A DNA stretch of 63,018 nt, counting the filler, from Dirinaria sp. TL-2023a (lineage: Eukaryota), in NCBI GenBank assembly GCA_051941275.1. It is 3 parts of 3 records of this genome, joined end to end, with 100 filler letters (N's around TTAATTAATTAA, not from the genome) between each part and the next. Parts side by side here need not be neighbours in the genome. Positions count along the whole stretch, not along the records: positions 42,174 to 63,018 come from JAVEBF010000274.1; 2 more parts are not named here. The stretch is one strand, 5' to 3'. Made by a program: the position numbers and the translations under genes. Of this stretch, positions 62,433 through 63,018 are shown one piece after another; within the stretch, counting starts at the first letter, position 1, and each line of letters begins with the position of its first letter. The notes under the pieces were generated by a model, which saw nothing but the letters and a program-made list of their open reading frames with translations, made no database searches and had not been told where the DNA came from.

Positions 62433-63018
62433 CGCGTCAGCGCTGCGTCGACTCTTTTCTTATTACGTGCAGTTTTCTCTATTCATAATACTAGAAAATC
62501 CTTCATGCGAGAACTCTATGAGTCTAAGAATCTGAAGAAAGAGCAGTCGTCTGAAATTGACTGAGTAAATCAGTGAATAAAATCATGCGTATCGTCGCTG
62601 TGACATCAATGACGTTATCGAGCAGTTTTCTCACATCTGTGATGTTATTCGTTTTTCGTTGCATTTTTAGTTTTTTTGTCTTCACGTAAAACACGTTAAT
62701 AGCACGTGTCTGACTGTCATGCGATCTTATTCACAGTCGCAGATTTTTGTGATCATTTCAGAGACGAGTCGCTCGTTTAAAAATTGATTGAAATTTATTT
62801 TACTCGTTCTCAGCTGTGTAAACAAAACGCTGTGTGATTTCGCTCGATCATCGTGAAATCGCATATGACGCTGAGTTATCTTAAATGTCAACGCGCGATA
62901 ATGAGTTTCGTTGATGTCTTTTTTTCATTTTCTTTCTCATTCTGCGCGAGTTTGTTCTTGAATCAGCGCTGTTTTGACAGCAGATTCACACGTCAGTTGA
63001 TCGAGCAGCGAATATTTG
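62433..63018. mobile_element. Probable degenerate (hypermutated) repeat or transposon relic, family not identifiable
   Basis: AT-rich, no long ORF, no CC or GG dinucleotide from 62502 to the window end. Confidence 0.5.

Noticed and set aside
1..63018. CRISPR arrays, rRNA, intact transposase/RT genes, PKS/NRPS
   Set aside because: None seen; no regularly spaced repeats or catalytic motifs of these families in the ORF track.

Overview
Eukaryotic DNA from a filamentous ascomycete (Pezizomycotina), with short GT-AG introns and CTRAY branch points. The window is three contig pieces (1-21017, 21118-42073, 42174-63018) joined by artificial N44-TTAATTAATTAA-N44 linkers, so neighbourhood across the gaps is not biological. 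Contig 1 carries an F-box gene with an in-frame TAA, sideroflexin, tRNA-Arg(UCG), an OSGIN-like FAD oxidoreductase, a fungal NLR-like NACHT gene with an in-frame TAG at a typical Trp position, and a divergent PTH11-like membrane protein / CYP65-like P450 pair. Contig 2 carries crz1/crzA (3'-truncated), a kelch-like single-pass membrane protein, a CaMKK/Sak1-like kinase, a steroid 5-alpha-reductase-like gene and met6. Contig 3 carries an alpha/beta hydrolase, pop1, a fasciclin protein, DUF952, acyl-protein thioesterase, a Pmp20/Ahp1-type peroxiredoxin, an fmp46-like gene, a ~2,000-aa RRM protein with an unrecognised duplicated C-terminal domain, and a terminal tract with no CC/GG dinucleotides. 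The most interesting signals are the single-stop 'pseudogenes' (candidates for A-to-I editing or readthrough, or RIP), the CpC-type RIP-like signature, and the duplicated 56-aa domain. All family calls come from motif recognition by eye, not database searches.
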